DNA of 64,000 bases from Phoronis australis (taxonomy: Eukaryota; Animalia; Phoronida). Shown piece by piece: positions 1 to 52,147 of this stretch. The first letter of the stretch is position 1, and each line of letters opens with the position of its first letter. The position numbers and the translations under genes were made by a program. The stretch spans positions 62,001 to 126,000 of the forward strand of contig NMRA01000140.1 of assembly GCA_002633005.1 (NCBI GenBank), written 5' to 3'. Below the pieces are notes generated by a model. The model did not search any database. It had not been told where the DNA came from and saw only the letters and a program-made list of their open reading frames with translations.

Positions 1-829
1 ATGACTACATTATGCGTTTGAGTTTATTGTTCAAACTCGCACTTTGTGACCTCTAGAATCGAGATTCAAATATGAGTTAAACTTGAGATTCCTACTAAAA
101 ATTTTAAATTTCAAGTTGACTTGAACTTTTAGCCTTAACGCCAGGGTCATCAAGTGCAAACCAGGATTAGACAGTTATCCTCTAAGTGGTTATATACTGG
201 AGGATACATTAACACACTCATCTTGAGTTTCCTATAAAAATAGAATAGAAAATGAGTAGGGATTTTTTTCCAGGTCGCCAAACATAATCTCAGGTCACAT
301 TGACAAGCTGCAGGTCACCAAATCTAGCCCTGTAGATATACCAGCAGTGGACATGTTCTGAACACTCTGTTGGTGTTAGAAGAAACACATTGTTTATAAA
401 ATAGTTCAAGCCTGTTTGCAAGCAGATACTAAACAATTTTTCTAACCTCTCTAATGTGCATTATCTTCAGAGTTGGTGTCCGTTATGCATTTAATAATTA
501 TATGAAAGCAGAGAGCGAATATTTCTGGCCTCAAATGTTTACTGATGGATAGCAGCTGCACCCATGTCAGTGGTCATAATTTACACACCATGTGACCAGC
601 CTGAGGTCACAAAGTCATGTCCAATTACCAATGTGTCTGTTGTGGGTCATACACTCAGTGTTGCAAGTCCTTTAGAACTTAGTTTTTCAATTGTAAAATT
701 GGTAAAAAAATTGACCTGACTACTGGCTCACTTACCTAAACCACTTGGCAATATTATGGTACCATCAGTTAAAAGTAACCAGAATTCCATATTATTATCA
801 TTATGAAAATTCACATTTATCTTCCAACT

Positions 830-1355
830 GGGAAGAGGACATGTAACGATCAATGTTTGGACGGTGCCAACTGCTTTGGCGCCTCCTAGTAGCAGTTTTG
901 TTCTTGTTGCGTCCGTGGCTGTTTCTCCTAAACCCTCTACAAGGTCATTAAAGTTGGCAACAGTACTTGTGTGGAGGTGATAATGGATGACGACGACATT
1001 GGGATGGATCCGACGGCATTTGGGTGGATCCGACGACATTCGGATAGATCCGACTCCTGCTGTGCTCCTTGTAGGAATTTCGTTTTTCTCCGTTTTCCTC
1101 TGTATCATTGGAGTTCAATGGTGGATGTTTATGAACTTTGGCCTATAGGTTTTTGTTAATGAGGCCATGGCACCTTTTTCGTCATCAAATGGATTTGACG
1201 TAGTGTACACCTCCTAGTGGCAGTTTTTTATTATGTTTTAGATTGGTTTTAGCGTCCATTTCTCTGTCGGCCAAAACAGTCTAAGAATCGCTTGTATTTG
1301 TGCTATCTGTGATGTACACGGCGGGCGCATATTAATGCTTCGCGTTGCTCTTGTT
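830..1355 (+). mobile_element. Helentron/DINE-like non-autonomous element, 3' part
   Basis: Shares core repeats (tatctcctaaaccct, cctagtggc) and 3' end gggcgcat...gcgttgctcttgtt with copies at 19.8 and 27.5 kb. Confidence 0.6.
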
Positions 1356-1461
1356 AATGTTATTTTCATGGAAATCATAGAAACTGTCCATTCATGTTTT
1401 TTTAGTTTCTGATTCTAAATCCCTTCTGTATCATAAACAAACTCGATTTTGTGTACAGAAA

Positions 1462-1539
1462 TCTTATTTGTAGTCCCAGAAAGGAAATCTGCGCATTAAT
1501 TCTTATTTGTAGTCCCAGAAAGGAAATCTGCGCATTAAT
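1462..1539. repeat. Perfect 39-bp tandem duplication
   Basis: tcttatttgtagtcccagaaaggaaatctgcgcattaat x2. Confidence 0.95.
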
Positions 1540-4500
1540 TAGTAATGTTTTCTCTGTTCAATAAAATTGGGACAAATTCCTTGCTCTGCATGCACTTTTC
1601 ACCTTTTACTCAAAAACCAATTGATGGTAGACATCCTCTATTGCAGTTCTTGTTGAGTTTAATTGGGCAACCATAGACATGTGTTTATACAATTGGCTTG
1701 GTGAACTTGGGTAAAATCTCAGCAATCTTGAACATAAATAAATGCTGTATCATTTAGCAACTCTATACCATAGCCAACATCAGTCAATGTTTTAAGAAAT
1801 TCGCAACAATGTTAAGTGGAAAATGAAAAAAGGTCTATTTTTGGTCAAAATTGGTGAGATTTTAGCGTACAGAAAAACATGAGATATGTGACGGAAGATT
1901 TGGTTGAAGTTCATTCATGCACTACTGGGCTTGGTTACATAAAACTCAATGCTGTGCGTAGGTTTGATTCTTGCATCACTTCAAATGCATGGTTAACAAA
2001 CATCAACATGAGGCGTGATAATGCCTAGTCATTGTTGCTATCCAGCTTACTTATACGTTATTGGCAACCAAGCCCCGCTGTTTTAATATAGAACTCAGCT
2101 ATGAAAATTATTAATGTCGTTCCTCCCCTCCCGTGTGACAAGTGCCTGGATTTATTGCGCTGCCATCACCCTGCCACCTGGTCATCGTATTTTTTCCTAG
2201 GTTATTAATGTCACGCGGAATCCAGGACTAAGTTGAACATGGTTGAAATATAATTGGAGTATGACGAACATGGCCCCTTTCCATAGTCTCATTGGAACAC
2301 CAGCCTGAAATATCTACACCAGATACATGCTTGACATAATTGAAACTTATTGCATGCCATCATCTGATGGTTTTACCTGATTACCTGGCTTCCTGGTGGT
2401 GAAACTGAGGCTCTGATGGCTGTGCGCAAGTAACTGATGACCTCAGATGTTCAGCCGTCTCTACTGGTTTCACCTTGTGAGTGGGCTGTGAACTGAAGAC
2501 TTGATCCGCTCAGCTGTTGATGCCCTTTTGGGCAATGTTCGCCCGGCCAGCTGATGTGTGCTGTTAGTAATTGGCCTGATTGGAAGCACATGGTTGTGGT
2601 AACTGCTGTCACTTGGTCTGCAAACACCATCAGGTCACCTGCAACTGTTGTTAGTTCTGAGGACCGTGACCCTGTTATGGTCAGTTGTGGTTCGACTAGG
2701 GCCCTGTCCATAAGCTGACCAACTGGACTGAATGGAGTGGTGTGACTGGGGATCTGTTGCCAGTATCATTAATGGTAAATGGTGTTCCACCAAAGACTTA
2801 AGAGGAGTGTCCTTCATCACAAGCAGTGAGATATGAACGGAATGTGGCATGGATGGAATATTTTCAGGGTGAGGTTGTTTGGTGTACAATGTTGATCTGC
2901 CTTGTGTCTCCTGCTGATACATTAGTGGTGTACGAGTGGTTTTGGAAGAAAAATGTGGTATATTTTTTGTGCCAACATCTCATTTTTTCGGCATTAGTTT
3001 GTAGAAAGGAGTTACAGGACAGCGGGAGGAAACGCTAGTATTGAATACTTCTGGCTTATGGTAGACTATATTTTTTGATAGTCTGTAGTCTACAACACTA
3101 ATGTTTTTATGGCATTTGAGGAATGTTGTGCAAGGCTTATCTGGGGTTGACTGGAAAATGCATTCACATAGATTGTTTGGTGTGAACTAAGATCAGCCAT
3201 CTCTGTGGGAAGAAGCAACAAGATTCAGCCAGTCTCCTGAAGGCTGTCCAGAAGGCACTTGAGATAGAGTGTCATTGTGGAAGTGAAGTATGGGTAATTC
3301 ACTTTCCGTGCTCGACGATTAGGTCAGAGGTACACCTATCGTAATTCACTAAGAATCCTACCGCTCATCTGTCACAAAAACCACGAAAACTGCATGAAGT
3401 AACAAGTGACTTGTTGGTATAGAGAACAAAGATTCCACAACGCTAAACTTTTTTTGCACTCCACTCGTACACACTGGCTAATTTAAATTATCCAACAGGA
3501 CAGGTCGTTACTTCACAGGGATAGATTCAGGTAGTCAGTGGGACCCTTATGACACATAGGTCTCATCGGTGTCAACCAGCTCCCTATTCCTGCTCTATTC
3601 TAACAGGTGATCCTTTTTGAATAGGACCACCTATAGTGAAGTGCGTTATCTCTCTTGGATCATAATCTAAATGCCCCTGCTGACAGCAAGCCTCCACCCT
3701 CTACTTGTTGAAAAGTTTGAATAAGCCTCATTGCAAGCGCCCATCATTTGTATTAGCATCCAGTTATGATTGGCTTCACTGGTTATTTTCAGCAGTAAAA
3801 AGCCTTTTCAAATACAAACACTAAAATCAACTAAGATCGGTTTCTATTCACACATGCATTTGGTTTCATACCTAGGACATGTATTGCTGACATTGACGTC
3901 TACTGAGAACATAGTCTGACAGCCATACGCTCTCACCAGTTCAGAACCCGATTTTCAGCCAAATTCCGCCCTTGTCTTCACCTTTCTAATGCATCAGGCT
4001 GGCATGGTGGTGTCACGGGCCATTTTTTGGCTGACGCATGTTTCTATTCACGGCATGTGTGTTTATGTTTGGCCAGAGGGGCCTGGTTTTCGGTGTTTTT
4101 GAAAGAAGAGTGTCCGTTTATCATATCTACTGAATCCGAGGTATGTGGTGGCAATCCACTGGCACAAATGAATTTTTAGACGAACCCTGGTCTAACTAGA
4201 ACCTTTTCACTCATTTTTGAGGGAAGAGTGTTTTCATATGATGTCTAGAAAGCTGATTGGTGGATTTCAATGAAACTTGACACGGATGTGATGGCAATGT
4301 GCAGGGACAAGTCAATTTTTGTGCGGATTCAACCACTGCATCACCCCTGGTTACCATTTTGTTCGGTTGTCCGTGTTGGGAGTTCAGCAATGCTTGTACC
4401 TGTCTAGAAAAGAAAGATCTCGCTAAATTGTACGAGATATTGCTGTATATTTTCAATGAGAGCACGTGATTTTGGCTAGATTTTTCTTGCTGCGAGACAG

Positions 4501-6381
4501 CTATTCAACTCTGCCTGTTCAGTTATCTGTTCAAAATCTCAAAAATCCATACTAATACTTTGATGAAGTTTGGCGCAAGTGTGTAGGGCATCAAAAGGTC
4601 GGTCCAGGCCACTTTCAGTCTGCCCCTTCTCTGGGGCCAGGGCAGACTGAGGGGCTTAATGACGTGTTGATTTGTCGATGTCTGTGATTTAAATGGATAG
4701 GCTTAAAAATGCCACTTTCCAGTGAGTAGATCAACATTAAAATATCAACAAGTGCTGAAATAAGATGACCTGGTTTTTAACTTGGTATCGCAAAGTATCG
4801 CCTGATGATAACCGGTGGCAATGACGGCGGTGGGGGTGGGTCTAGCAATGTGCCTACTCTCTTGGCAAGTTTGTTATAGTAACATGTGGGACATGAGCAC
4901 GTAATAGTGGACCTCGTCATTGCACTCGACCACGTCACTGCCTAATGGGATGAATGACCTTGCCAGTAACAGTTGTCCTCGTTTAGAGAAAGCGACACAT
5001 CGACAAGCATTAGGTCGACTTTATTGAACACTATTTTGACATGTTCGAGGATGGGAATTCTGTCCCACATCTGGTGCCCTAGGTCCCAACCAGTATAGAC
5101 GTTTCTCGAAGTCAACAGGTCAATGGTCAAGGTCTTTTTAATGTCGAATTTTGGATTCTCATTTTCCAGGTCTGTCAATCTTAATTTCAACCAACTGGAA
5201 AGTCACACTTCAAGCACTTTCAAATAAGTGTGCTGCTTCCTTCCAGGTTACTTGAAGTTGATTTGAGATGTGGGTACACTTATGGAGACTACTTTAATAG
5301 TCATCAGCTTGTTTGGCAGTGATAGATGTTGGCTCTGGTTATGTCTGTCTGTTTATCTAGTGCAGTACTTCAAAGTTACCCTTCCATGGTATCTTTAAAA
5401 ATAGATCAAGGGTTTGCAGTTAATGGTGCCAGGGTTGTACCAGGTTACAAGCAATGGTATATGCATAATTGGATTAGTGGAATGTTACCTAATAGCAGTC
5501 AAGTGAAGAAAAATTAGCTTATTGTATGGTGTAGTTCCCTGTATCTGGTTAGATCAAGTACAGGCCATTTCAGACCATCATGTTTTCAGACACATGAACC
5601 TTATTGGCTCATATTTAGTTAGGTCAGCTGATTCACATCATATTGAGAGGTAATTTGCATTAGCCTGGTCAATTGTTACTGAAATGAAATTGGGAAATTA
5701 GGTTGCAGCAGTTAATGCCTGTAGTAATTAATCTGTTTTTGATGCTGATATTGGCAGATTAGCACTTGTGTCTGGATGTAAATAAGGGGTTACATGAAGG
5801 AGGGTACTTGGTCAGGACAGGAACTGTTCTGTGATTATGGCCGAGTTTCTGCCTGCCATAGAAGGAGTTTTTTGACCAAAAGTTGTATCAGCTTATGATT
5901 ATTAAGTTTAAGTCACAGTAATTTCAAACGGAAACAAAAATTTGCAATTTTGTTCTTTGTTCATTAAAACCTTTGTTTTTTTGTCAAAACACGTCTGTAT
6001 ACTACTGGTTGGCTGACTTTCCAAACAAGGCGGCGACTGTATGTAAACAGAAGGTGTGGTGGCAGTCTGCAAACGTGAATCCAACTTCACGCATATTTTG
6101 TTCCAATCATAGTTGACTGAATTTACAAAAAGCATCAGTTCAGCCACGTTTATCAGTTTTCATGGTTCTGAGTACTTTTCACCTGGATACTGTTTCAAGT
6201 ATTTTTTTGCTGCAGTGCATTTGGTACTGTACCACTAAGAGAAACACCGTTGCGCAACGCTAAGCCATCATACACTTGGGGGGGGGGTGTTGTGTAAATG
6301 TTTTTTCTACTATTGTTATTCTTATTGTTTTTTATCCTGTTATGGCCAAAAACTGATGTAATTACTCTTATTGTTTTACAG

Positions 6382-43404
<37,023 letters not shown>

Positions 43405-46400
43405 GGAGTGTCGGTACTGGTAGTAGCCAGGGACAGCAGGCTTGTTGGGGCGCCACCTATAGGTCAGTGTAGGCTCAAATAAGGTTAAACTGGTCGTGGC
43501 CCACTGTACACTTATAGAGGTTCAGGTTCTTTTGTAGTCCCATGTTCCATTTTTCCACGTTTCACAGCCTGGTTGCATTTTCAGATTATCCCAAGTTATA
43601 TACATATTGTGTTTATGCGCTTAAGATTTTGTAAAATTCCCATTGCTTTTCGTGTAGGCTTGTACTTGTTTTGTATACAACATACGGTATCTGACCACAC
43701 CTTTACAGCAGGAAGGCTGTTTTTGAGGTAACTCATGAGCTAGGCGGTGGACAAAGTATGTCTTCAAATGTGAACTGTGAGAAGTCGAGAGAACGTTGAT
43801 AATCTCTAGTCATAAGGTTCATTGTTGAATAGACGCCAGTCAAAGTCTTCTATTTTCGCATATACACTGCTGTGCCTTACTAAAGGCTGATAATCTAGAT
43901 GTTTCAGCTGAAAGTGCTGATGTCGTAACCACCGTCACTCTAAATCAGGGTTGGTACTAACACTTTGGGGAGGGCTTTCTCCTATTTAGGGAGACGTGAT
44001 CATTGTGTATACATGTATATATAGAGTTGTAGGTTATTTCAAGCACTGTGAACATGGTAAGCTTGTGCTGGACGTAATTGTGTATAAATTTGCAGAAATC
44101 CATTCTTCTCATACAATGAGCTTTAGGGAAGGTGTGTGAAGTCGTACACTGAAATAATTTGGGTTAATAGCAAGGTAATCATTGTGTTGAATGTGGGGCT
44201 GTAATCTATTAACTGAGGTCCTGTGTATGCCCAGTGGTTATGATGTAGACTAGATTGTTATGACTGAGCATTCTAATTTTATGACTGAATGAATAAGGTA
44301 TCTATCACAAGTAGTTCAGTTATAAGGATAGTAGTTTGGATAAAGACTTCAGTGAGAATTACAATGTCATTTTGCAATAAGATATGAATAATCTGAAGTG
44401 GTTAGATCTGACGTAAAAGTACTTAAAAGTAGGCCACTAGTGATTTTTACCACGCTTACTCAGAACAGCCATGAAAGCTTGCAGAGCAAACTGCACTTTT
44501 CAAAATTGTAGTGCAAGGTCATGAATGTAAGGCGCTCTGTGTTACTCGCTGTGCTCAGATTTGCAAATTTTGATTTTCATAAAAATACTCAGATTTACCC
44601 AACTCTTTCGTTGCATCTGGTCGGTACGGGTTGTCTAACCAGGGTCACGTGTCGTGTTCAGACAAATATTTGTGTGCAATTGTGCCATAATGGTTCACTT
44701 CAAAATAAGGTTTACGTGTCTCAAGCCAGTTTCAGGTGGGTGACATTTGCTGGCCAAAAAGTTGCGCGACATATAGATACCTTGATTTTCTTTTTTCAAA
44801 ATAGTGAAATCCATGTTGCTAATCACAAAATAACATAAAATTATTCTAGGTAAAGACTTACTCTTTTCGTTGCATTTATGTCACAGCTACATTGTACCAT
44901 TAACTTGCTGCACGTCGTGTTTATCAACACTGAATTAACATCTTGAACGTTTCTGGTTCAAAGCGATCATCAGTCAATTTCTGGCCAACGTTGTTCATGG
45001 GTAACAAATGTGGATTATTTCTTTATTTTTAATTATTTGCCATCAAAAGTATCAGACTTATTTTATCTACTACTGAAATATGTGAATTCTGTGAAAGAAG
45101 CGGTTTTGTGAATTCCATCTGTTTGCTGATAACGTGGAAATCAGTCTCTGGACATTTCACTGTTGTCTTTACAAGCATCAGATTGGCTGTCACTAGGCAT
45201 GGCGAGCAATGGCATGACATGTATCTGAGTCATTCTCACGTGTACTTTTGTCGTGCAACTTTTCGGGCAACAATGTCGCTGGTCTGAAGCAGACGTAAGG
45301 TAATCTTTGTGCACATAGATCCATGAAAAGTAAGTGACAGATTGCTGGTTCTGATGTGCTCGTCCTCTGGTCAGCACATCAAAGGTATCTTGTATTAAAA
45401 TCATGCTCATGAATTAGTATTATGTTGTTTTTATTTTTTTGCTGAAGTAAAAACGCCAGCGGACCAGTTAAAATTCATTTGGCTTTCAAATTGGTATACT
45501 CTGTGGCAAATTGAAAAATACTTGCAAAGATTAAGTAGTTAAGTTGAGCTTTTGTGTTGCATTTAAGCTTTCAGTTGATGGGCAAAACTATATTCATGTA
45601 CTCTTTTCTAAATATTGAAGTATCTATATACAGACTTATATATTTCTTACAAAATAAACATGTAAAATGCCAGTTTGTGTCTAATACTCACTATGTATGT
45701 ACCCTCTTAGTCGGGCCATACTGTCCAAACTTTCTTTTTTTTTCACACAGTACAAACTTGTAGTTTCTGGCTTCATCTCCTGTGCATTCAGTTGGTGGGA
45801 ACGTGAGAAGTTTATTTTGTTGGATCTTTTGGAGGAATATGACCCACTTATTGGATAATTGGGCTCCTCCACCTATCTTGAGGTGTGCAACAACATGGCA
45901 ACATGGTCACTCTGTTTAAAGGTGCATTCCCTTGATGACTAAACGCTCAAAATATTATTATTTGGGAAGATGTATATCTGAAAGACGATGATCTTCAGAC
46001 TAGGGCTTTGGCTGATTAGAAATGCGTTGAAAATAGATTCATGAATTGCCCTATGACATCATTCGTAGACAACCAACTCTAGCAAATACTGGGCGCTAAA
46101 CGCGTTGAGCTGTTCCTGTGCTGTGTTGCGGAATTCCGTACTCGTCTTGGTCAATTCCCAGAACACTTATATTGGGGAACATAAAAATCGGGGTGGATGT
46201 TAAACCGAACACGGGTGTTGAACGCGATTTATTTGAGAAGTGGGGGCTGGGTGTTTACCACGCCAGCCTATTCAGGAGGCATCCATGGTGCTACATTCAT
46301 GTTAACTTGCGTGCAAGAGTCGAATAGAATAGCGGGCATTTTCCCTCAGGAATGAGACTAAGTGCTTGTGAAAAATCGTGTGAGATGGGTGTTCACAAAG

Positions 46401-47377
46401 ACACTGGCATTTTCTTCAAAGTTAGGCCAATAAGCGGACCGTGGGCGTTTAAAGGTGTAAGTTTGTGACTGCGCGTCAACCCAAACATGGGCGTTAAGGT
46501 GGACGACTGCAATACGTGTACCTTTATCGAGAGCTGTTTTTCCACTGTGTTCACTGAAAAGAAACATGAGTCTTCCGTTTGCCATACAAATACAGAATTT
46601 ATGACATTACCGGACAAAAATTGCGAAGTGGACAACTCCTATGTTGCATATACCTAGATCAGCTTCATCAATACAATTACCGCTTTCATAAAAGAGTAAA
46701 AATAAAAGGAATTTCAATGGGGGGGGATTTTTTGCGATAACGGGAGCTTGTTCCCCCATTGTGTTGCTATGTCAGTGCTGGGATCTATGTAACCCGTGCT
46801 TATATGCTACAAATGAGGTCATTTTATGGAAGGTATGCCTAAAAATAAAATTCGAGGCGAGAAACGAACAGCAGCTGATGAGAAAAGAAGAGCATTTTAG
46901 AGACCAGAACGTTAGTAATGGGAACAGTTTTGTGGTCAAGGGAGAGAAATTTTTCTTTATTGCTAGTTCTGTGTTGGCAAGTTTTCAGTCCAGCTTGTTT
47001 GATCAGTGCCAATAGATTGTGCTGCATCACAGTGAGATGTACTGTACAGTTGTTTGTCAAGACTGATTTTACCTTAAACCACTTGGTACAGTCTATTTCT
47101 GTTTTGAATTGTATCAATATTGTAATGCTGTTATGGATGTTGTTAATGAAAACAAATATTTGAGATTATGTGTGGAGAACGGAAATAATCTATCCCACAC
47201 TTCCAGAATCAATGGATTGTCTATCAAAACATTTTGTGCCCTATTTGTTCCATTCAGTTTCAGGTCATTGTAACAATGAAGTTGGAGTTACATTCATGAA
47301 AAAACACTATGTGCCCACACTTTCGCACTGGTAATATTGGCTTCTTACAAAGATTGCTTTCTTAGTAAAGATATTTT

Positions 47378-47387
47378 AATAAATAAA
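47378..47387 (+). terminator. Candidate poly(A) signal of RSK (overlapping AATAAA), implying a ~4 kb 3' UTR
   Basis: AATAAATAAA after a long T/GT-rich UTR-like tract; composition changes immediately downstream; other sites are possible. Confidence 0.35.
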
Positions 47388-50300
47388 AGCTGAGTACAAC
47401 AAATGGAAAGTACAACACTTCCCCGACGTAGACAATCCTCTTCCCTTTTTCCCTTTCGTGTTCCTTTGAACCCTCTCACTCCCTTGCATTCTCCCTCTTC
47501 ACACCCCCTCACCCCTTTCCTCTGCACCCCCTCACTAATACCACTATAAATTATTAAAAGAAATGAATTAGTTTTTATACGTAAAAAGTACGTCTCCGTT
47601 GGGTGCATGTCTGTAACTGAAAAATTTGTATGTGATTGTATTCATCCACGTTAAGACCCAAGTTCAGCTAAATGCTATTTTCTTCAGGTCTTGCTGGAAA
47701 TTTTAATAAATTAATAATTCTATGAAATAACTCATGACCATAGTTGTTAATATTAATTGTGTTAATAATATTTCTGTATTACAAGTTCTTGGTATTTCAA
47801 TTCATAGTGAGAAAATCTATATGAGAACAATGCCTCTCACTTGAGCAGTTCTTGGAGACATTCTAACTATAAATAACCCTAAATTGCCCTTTAATGGAAC
47901 TCTGAACAATGCCTCAATCCATAAATGCAGAGATAAATATCCAACTGAACAGACAAATAGTAAAACAAACATTGGAGCTTATAGATCTTCCAACAACGTC
48001 AGTGCAGTACCTGGGTGGCTCAGGAATGCTCTAGTGTGAATGCCAGCTGTGAGACATCACGCAAGAACATTGGTCTACAACATGCCTCAGGGTTGGGAGT
48101 TGGCTGCAAATGATGGCTGATGGAACCAGGGCAGATCGGTTGGTGATTAATGGTTGTAGTACTACAGCTGAGTGAATGTGGCTTGTGTTATCTGCTTGAA
48201 CAGTTTTACATTTTACCCGGTAAACACCAAGGATACAGTCAGCTGAAGATACAGTTTCATGAAGGCATGACCAAGTAGTGAAAAGAAAGAAGCCAGACAT
48301 TACCTCACAGGCATCATATGGATTGCCAGTGTTTTCTTTTGCCAGTTGGTTACAATTAACAGGTATTCATTACCATGTTCTGAAGTCTGAACCCAGCTGA
48401 CCAGTCAGGAATACCCGTTACTGCTGATGGAGATATTGCTCTGCTGATTATTACCGAAGCACATATACATGACTTTAAAGGTAAATTTTAATTAATTAGA
48501 AGAAACTATGACCGAGTTGGGTAGAATAGTGTTTCTGGCCAATATCTTGGGTCAACACGTGCTATGAATTTTAGGATACCTTAGTGGGTACTGATGTCCT
48601 TGTTGTTAAAAGGACAGAAATTTTCCTTTCGTTATGTTTATTGTTATTTTTTCAATAGCATTCACAGAAGAATAATTTCCAGCATGTGCTATGTAACAAG
48701 GCCACACCAAGTGGTGTTGGTGATTTCACCCCAAACTAGATCTGTCAAATGCTAATTATACTGTAATCAGTGTTTCCGCTGAGTGATATAAGTGTTATTT
48801 AGCTAAACAACATGTCACGGAGTGGACCCTGTACTGAGGATGGGTGTTCTACTCCTGAGCTGCTGATGAACTTGTCCAAAGCCATCAGTTATGCTCACTA
48901 ATTTTGCAGCTTGCTTTATTTTCTAAGGTTTTAGATGTAAGTGTTACCAGCAAGTTTGTTTAGCTAAATATTTATGAAATTATAGAATTCAGCTCTCTAA
49001 GGTATGTTGTCTTTTTAGTAAAATTGAACACAACAAGAAAAGGTACAACAAATGTATCAATAACCAACCAAATTTCTATTGGCATTAGTATTCAGCATGA
49101 AATCTCAAAAACATATGTCAGAGGTTTCTAATATCTTGTTTTTATTGGTTTACCACCAAAATCATAAAAGTCCCTTTTTTGATTGTACCTTGGGTAAAAT
49201 TGAACTGTCATAAAATCAATTCCTAATAACAAGATTGTGGAGAAGAGTGCACACATCATGGTAGTATCTTTAAATTTCATTTGAATCCGAGCCGCCATTT
49301 TGATGTTCCGAAGTTAGACAAAATTGTGATTTTCCTGTGTTACACACAATTTTAAGTGATCAGGTTTTGGTGGATATCTGTTACTACATAGTCTAAACCA
49401 ATGTTTATTATCCTTCTCATTTGCAAGTTTCCTAGTATAAAGCCATGTCATACAATAAACAAAAGAAAGAAATAAACAAGATATAAAAAATACAGCAAAC
49501 AATAAAACGGTAAAGTGCCTGCATAGACTGATTTTGTTGCAAGAAAATCACAATCTTGCATGACCTCGCAAAATCCCTCGAGTTGAAGGCGACTGTTTTG
49601 CGAGTATGCTCAGCAACTTAAAGCCTCCTGAGCAAAATGGCGGCTACTGGAGTTAATGGTTGGTGGTGGATGAGGATATAATTGACCTATCGCAAGCTCC
49701 ACCCCTTGTGAAATGTCGCCAAACAATAAGTTTTACACGGCAACATGTTGTTTGCCGGGTAAAACGGCGGCTTGGAAACGATGGTGGGTCTAGTATGCTG
49801 TGTTCTGATTGGTCAGTTAAGCCGTCACTCAAAATCCTGGCGATAGGTCAATTTGAGTTATGTGACTAATTCATACATTGTAGAATAGAATTTACCGTTC
49901 CCTTCTAAGACAAATTTTTCCCTCTCAGTACCAGCTTGGGGTCTACAAACACAGCCCAGACTTCATTGTGACTGATCTCCTTATCTCACCCTGTTAGAGT
50001 ACCCCCCAGGCAAGAGGAAGGACAGAGGACCACAAGGACATTGAATAATGAGTCTCATTAATGGCATACTCAGTCTTAGTAAACACCAGACAGACTTTAC
50101 ACAAGTTTTCAATTTGTAACCTCATCTGCTGCACTCCAGTAGAACAGTTCTTGGATACATTTCATGCTGCACTGGATAAAAAGCTTTGGATAGGTAAGTC
50201 CATCAGCCTAACAGGATGTGCAGGGGCGATGTGATTGTATACTCTTCGTCTTACTCATTGAATGGATTCCTTGTTTCCACATTTTGCTACAAGATAGAAT

Positions 50301-52147
50301 TCCAACTGAAGTTTCCAAAGACACATTCTGTCAAACAGTCTAACTTTTGATCAAGACCATTTGCCATTAAAAAACTAATCTCAACTTGTTCCTAAGTGAT
50401 GAAATGGACTTCAAAAAACTTGACCGTGTTATTGATAAAAAATTTCCAGCCGTGACTAGCTAAGTTGAACTGGTTGGTCTCAAGCAGCGTTTCTTTCCAA
50501 GTTCAGAAATCACCTCGTATTTGATGAAGGAATATAATTTGAGATGAATTTCATAACGGCGAGTGGTGCATTGTGGAATGGTTGTTGGCTGGTAAACGTC
50601 CAATGATATTACAGATAAATTGGTAACATGCTATCTGATTGATACATTGTGCCTGAGGTGGCATTTTAGGAAACTTATTTGATTGTGCATGCTTCGAGAA
50701 TGTCGCTCACAAGGGGTTTGCTAATCAGTGTATTTATTTGATGCATTGTGGGACTCTGTTCAGTTTCAATCTTTTAATTTTGCCAAGTTGTTTTATGACT
50801 GCTTATATTTTGTACTTTCAGCAAAAAACATCAGCTCATGCTTTCAATTCTTGGGCACTCAAGTGACAAATGTTTTTCATCATATTGTTTGAATGTCACC
50901 AACATAACTTTGATATCATCCATGTTTAGGGCATAATACCTTATTCAAACTGGTGACAGTTGTGTGTCACTGTTCGTAAATGTCTTAAGCATGATTCTAG
51001 CACCTCATTATCCCAGGTTCATTACATGCCCAGCCTCAGGAAGCCATAACCTTTTGTTAAGCTGTTTTTATAGTGGGGACAATCCTAACCGTGTCAGTTG
51101 TCACCCTGCGTGCGACATGCCCCTTTAGTCGCATAATACATTGCATTAGATCAAAAACTGCATCAGCTTGAGCCATTTACACAAAGGCTGTCTCCGCATG
51201 CTCACATAACCAATAGCACACGTCCTAACCATGTTGAATGCCAGCGGGTGTGGATCACCCGTATATATTGCGCAAGCGAATTGAAACATGATCCCTTTTC
51301 GCCCTGCCCCAGTTGTGTTTAGACGTGCAGTTGACACTGGAGCAACTGATCGAGTGCAATTCACTCTACCTCTCAAACCGCTGTCAAAAATAGCTACCAC
51401 GGTTTCAACTTGCTCTGTGTCAGTCGTGTTTACACACAAACTTGCGTCTGATCGTGATTCGCTGTTCTGTGTTAGCTGCTCCGTGACAGTTGTCTTTTGT
51501 GTAACTGTGGCTTTAGGCTGTGCTCAGCCTAGCTGCTCAGGGTAGGATTGTTTCTGCTATAATGAATACTATTTTCTGTTAGTCAGATAGTTTGATGATG
51601 GGCCAGTCATCAGAATACACAAACTCATTTACCTAGTATTCTCATATTGCCTTGGTGTGCAGCCTTGACCTTTATCTTTGCAAAGTGAATTGCTTATGAG
51701 TTTTCTTCCATCAAACTCGTCAATGATGGGGTCCCTGGGGTACCAAAGATTGCATCGCAGCCACTTTGCGTTATGCAGAGGGAGTCTCACAGAATTCAGA
51801 CTTGAGGTGCACTTTTCATTTCACCATTAATTCCACCAATACAGCAGAAGCCAAGCAGGGGTCAAGGCCAGTCTTGGACCCCTCTGGATTTCCTTACTGC
51901 AACTACAAGGTACACTTACAGTGTTCGCCCTTCTCTTCCAATTACTGGAGTCCTGTGGACCCACCTTCCAAATTTTGAGGTCCATTTCAAATTGCTGAGG
52001 TCTCTGAAAGTGCAGTGAAAGTAATTCAGAAATTTATTGCAATACCCCAGCACAAAGTGAACATATTATGCTGAAAATTGAGACAAATCATGTGATACTT
52101 TTTTGTATCGAAAATAAAGGAAGATAACCATAAAATAAAACTAATGG

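Noticed and set aside
2340-5350. Minus-strand ORFs as LINE/RT remnants or an RSK first exon
   Set aside because: No recognisable RT, endonuclease or RSK N-terminal motifs, and no convincing ATG-to-phase-0-donor exon.
47420-47540. C-rich tract as a G-quadruplex or termination element
   Set aside because: Low-complexity sequence with irregular runs; a function cannot be supported from sequence alone.
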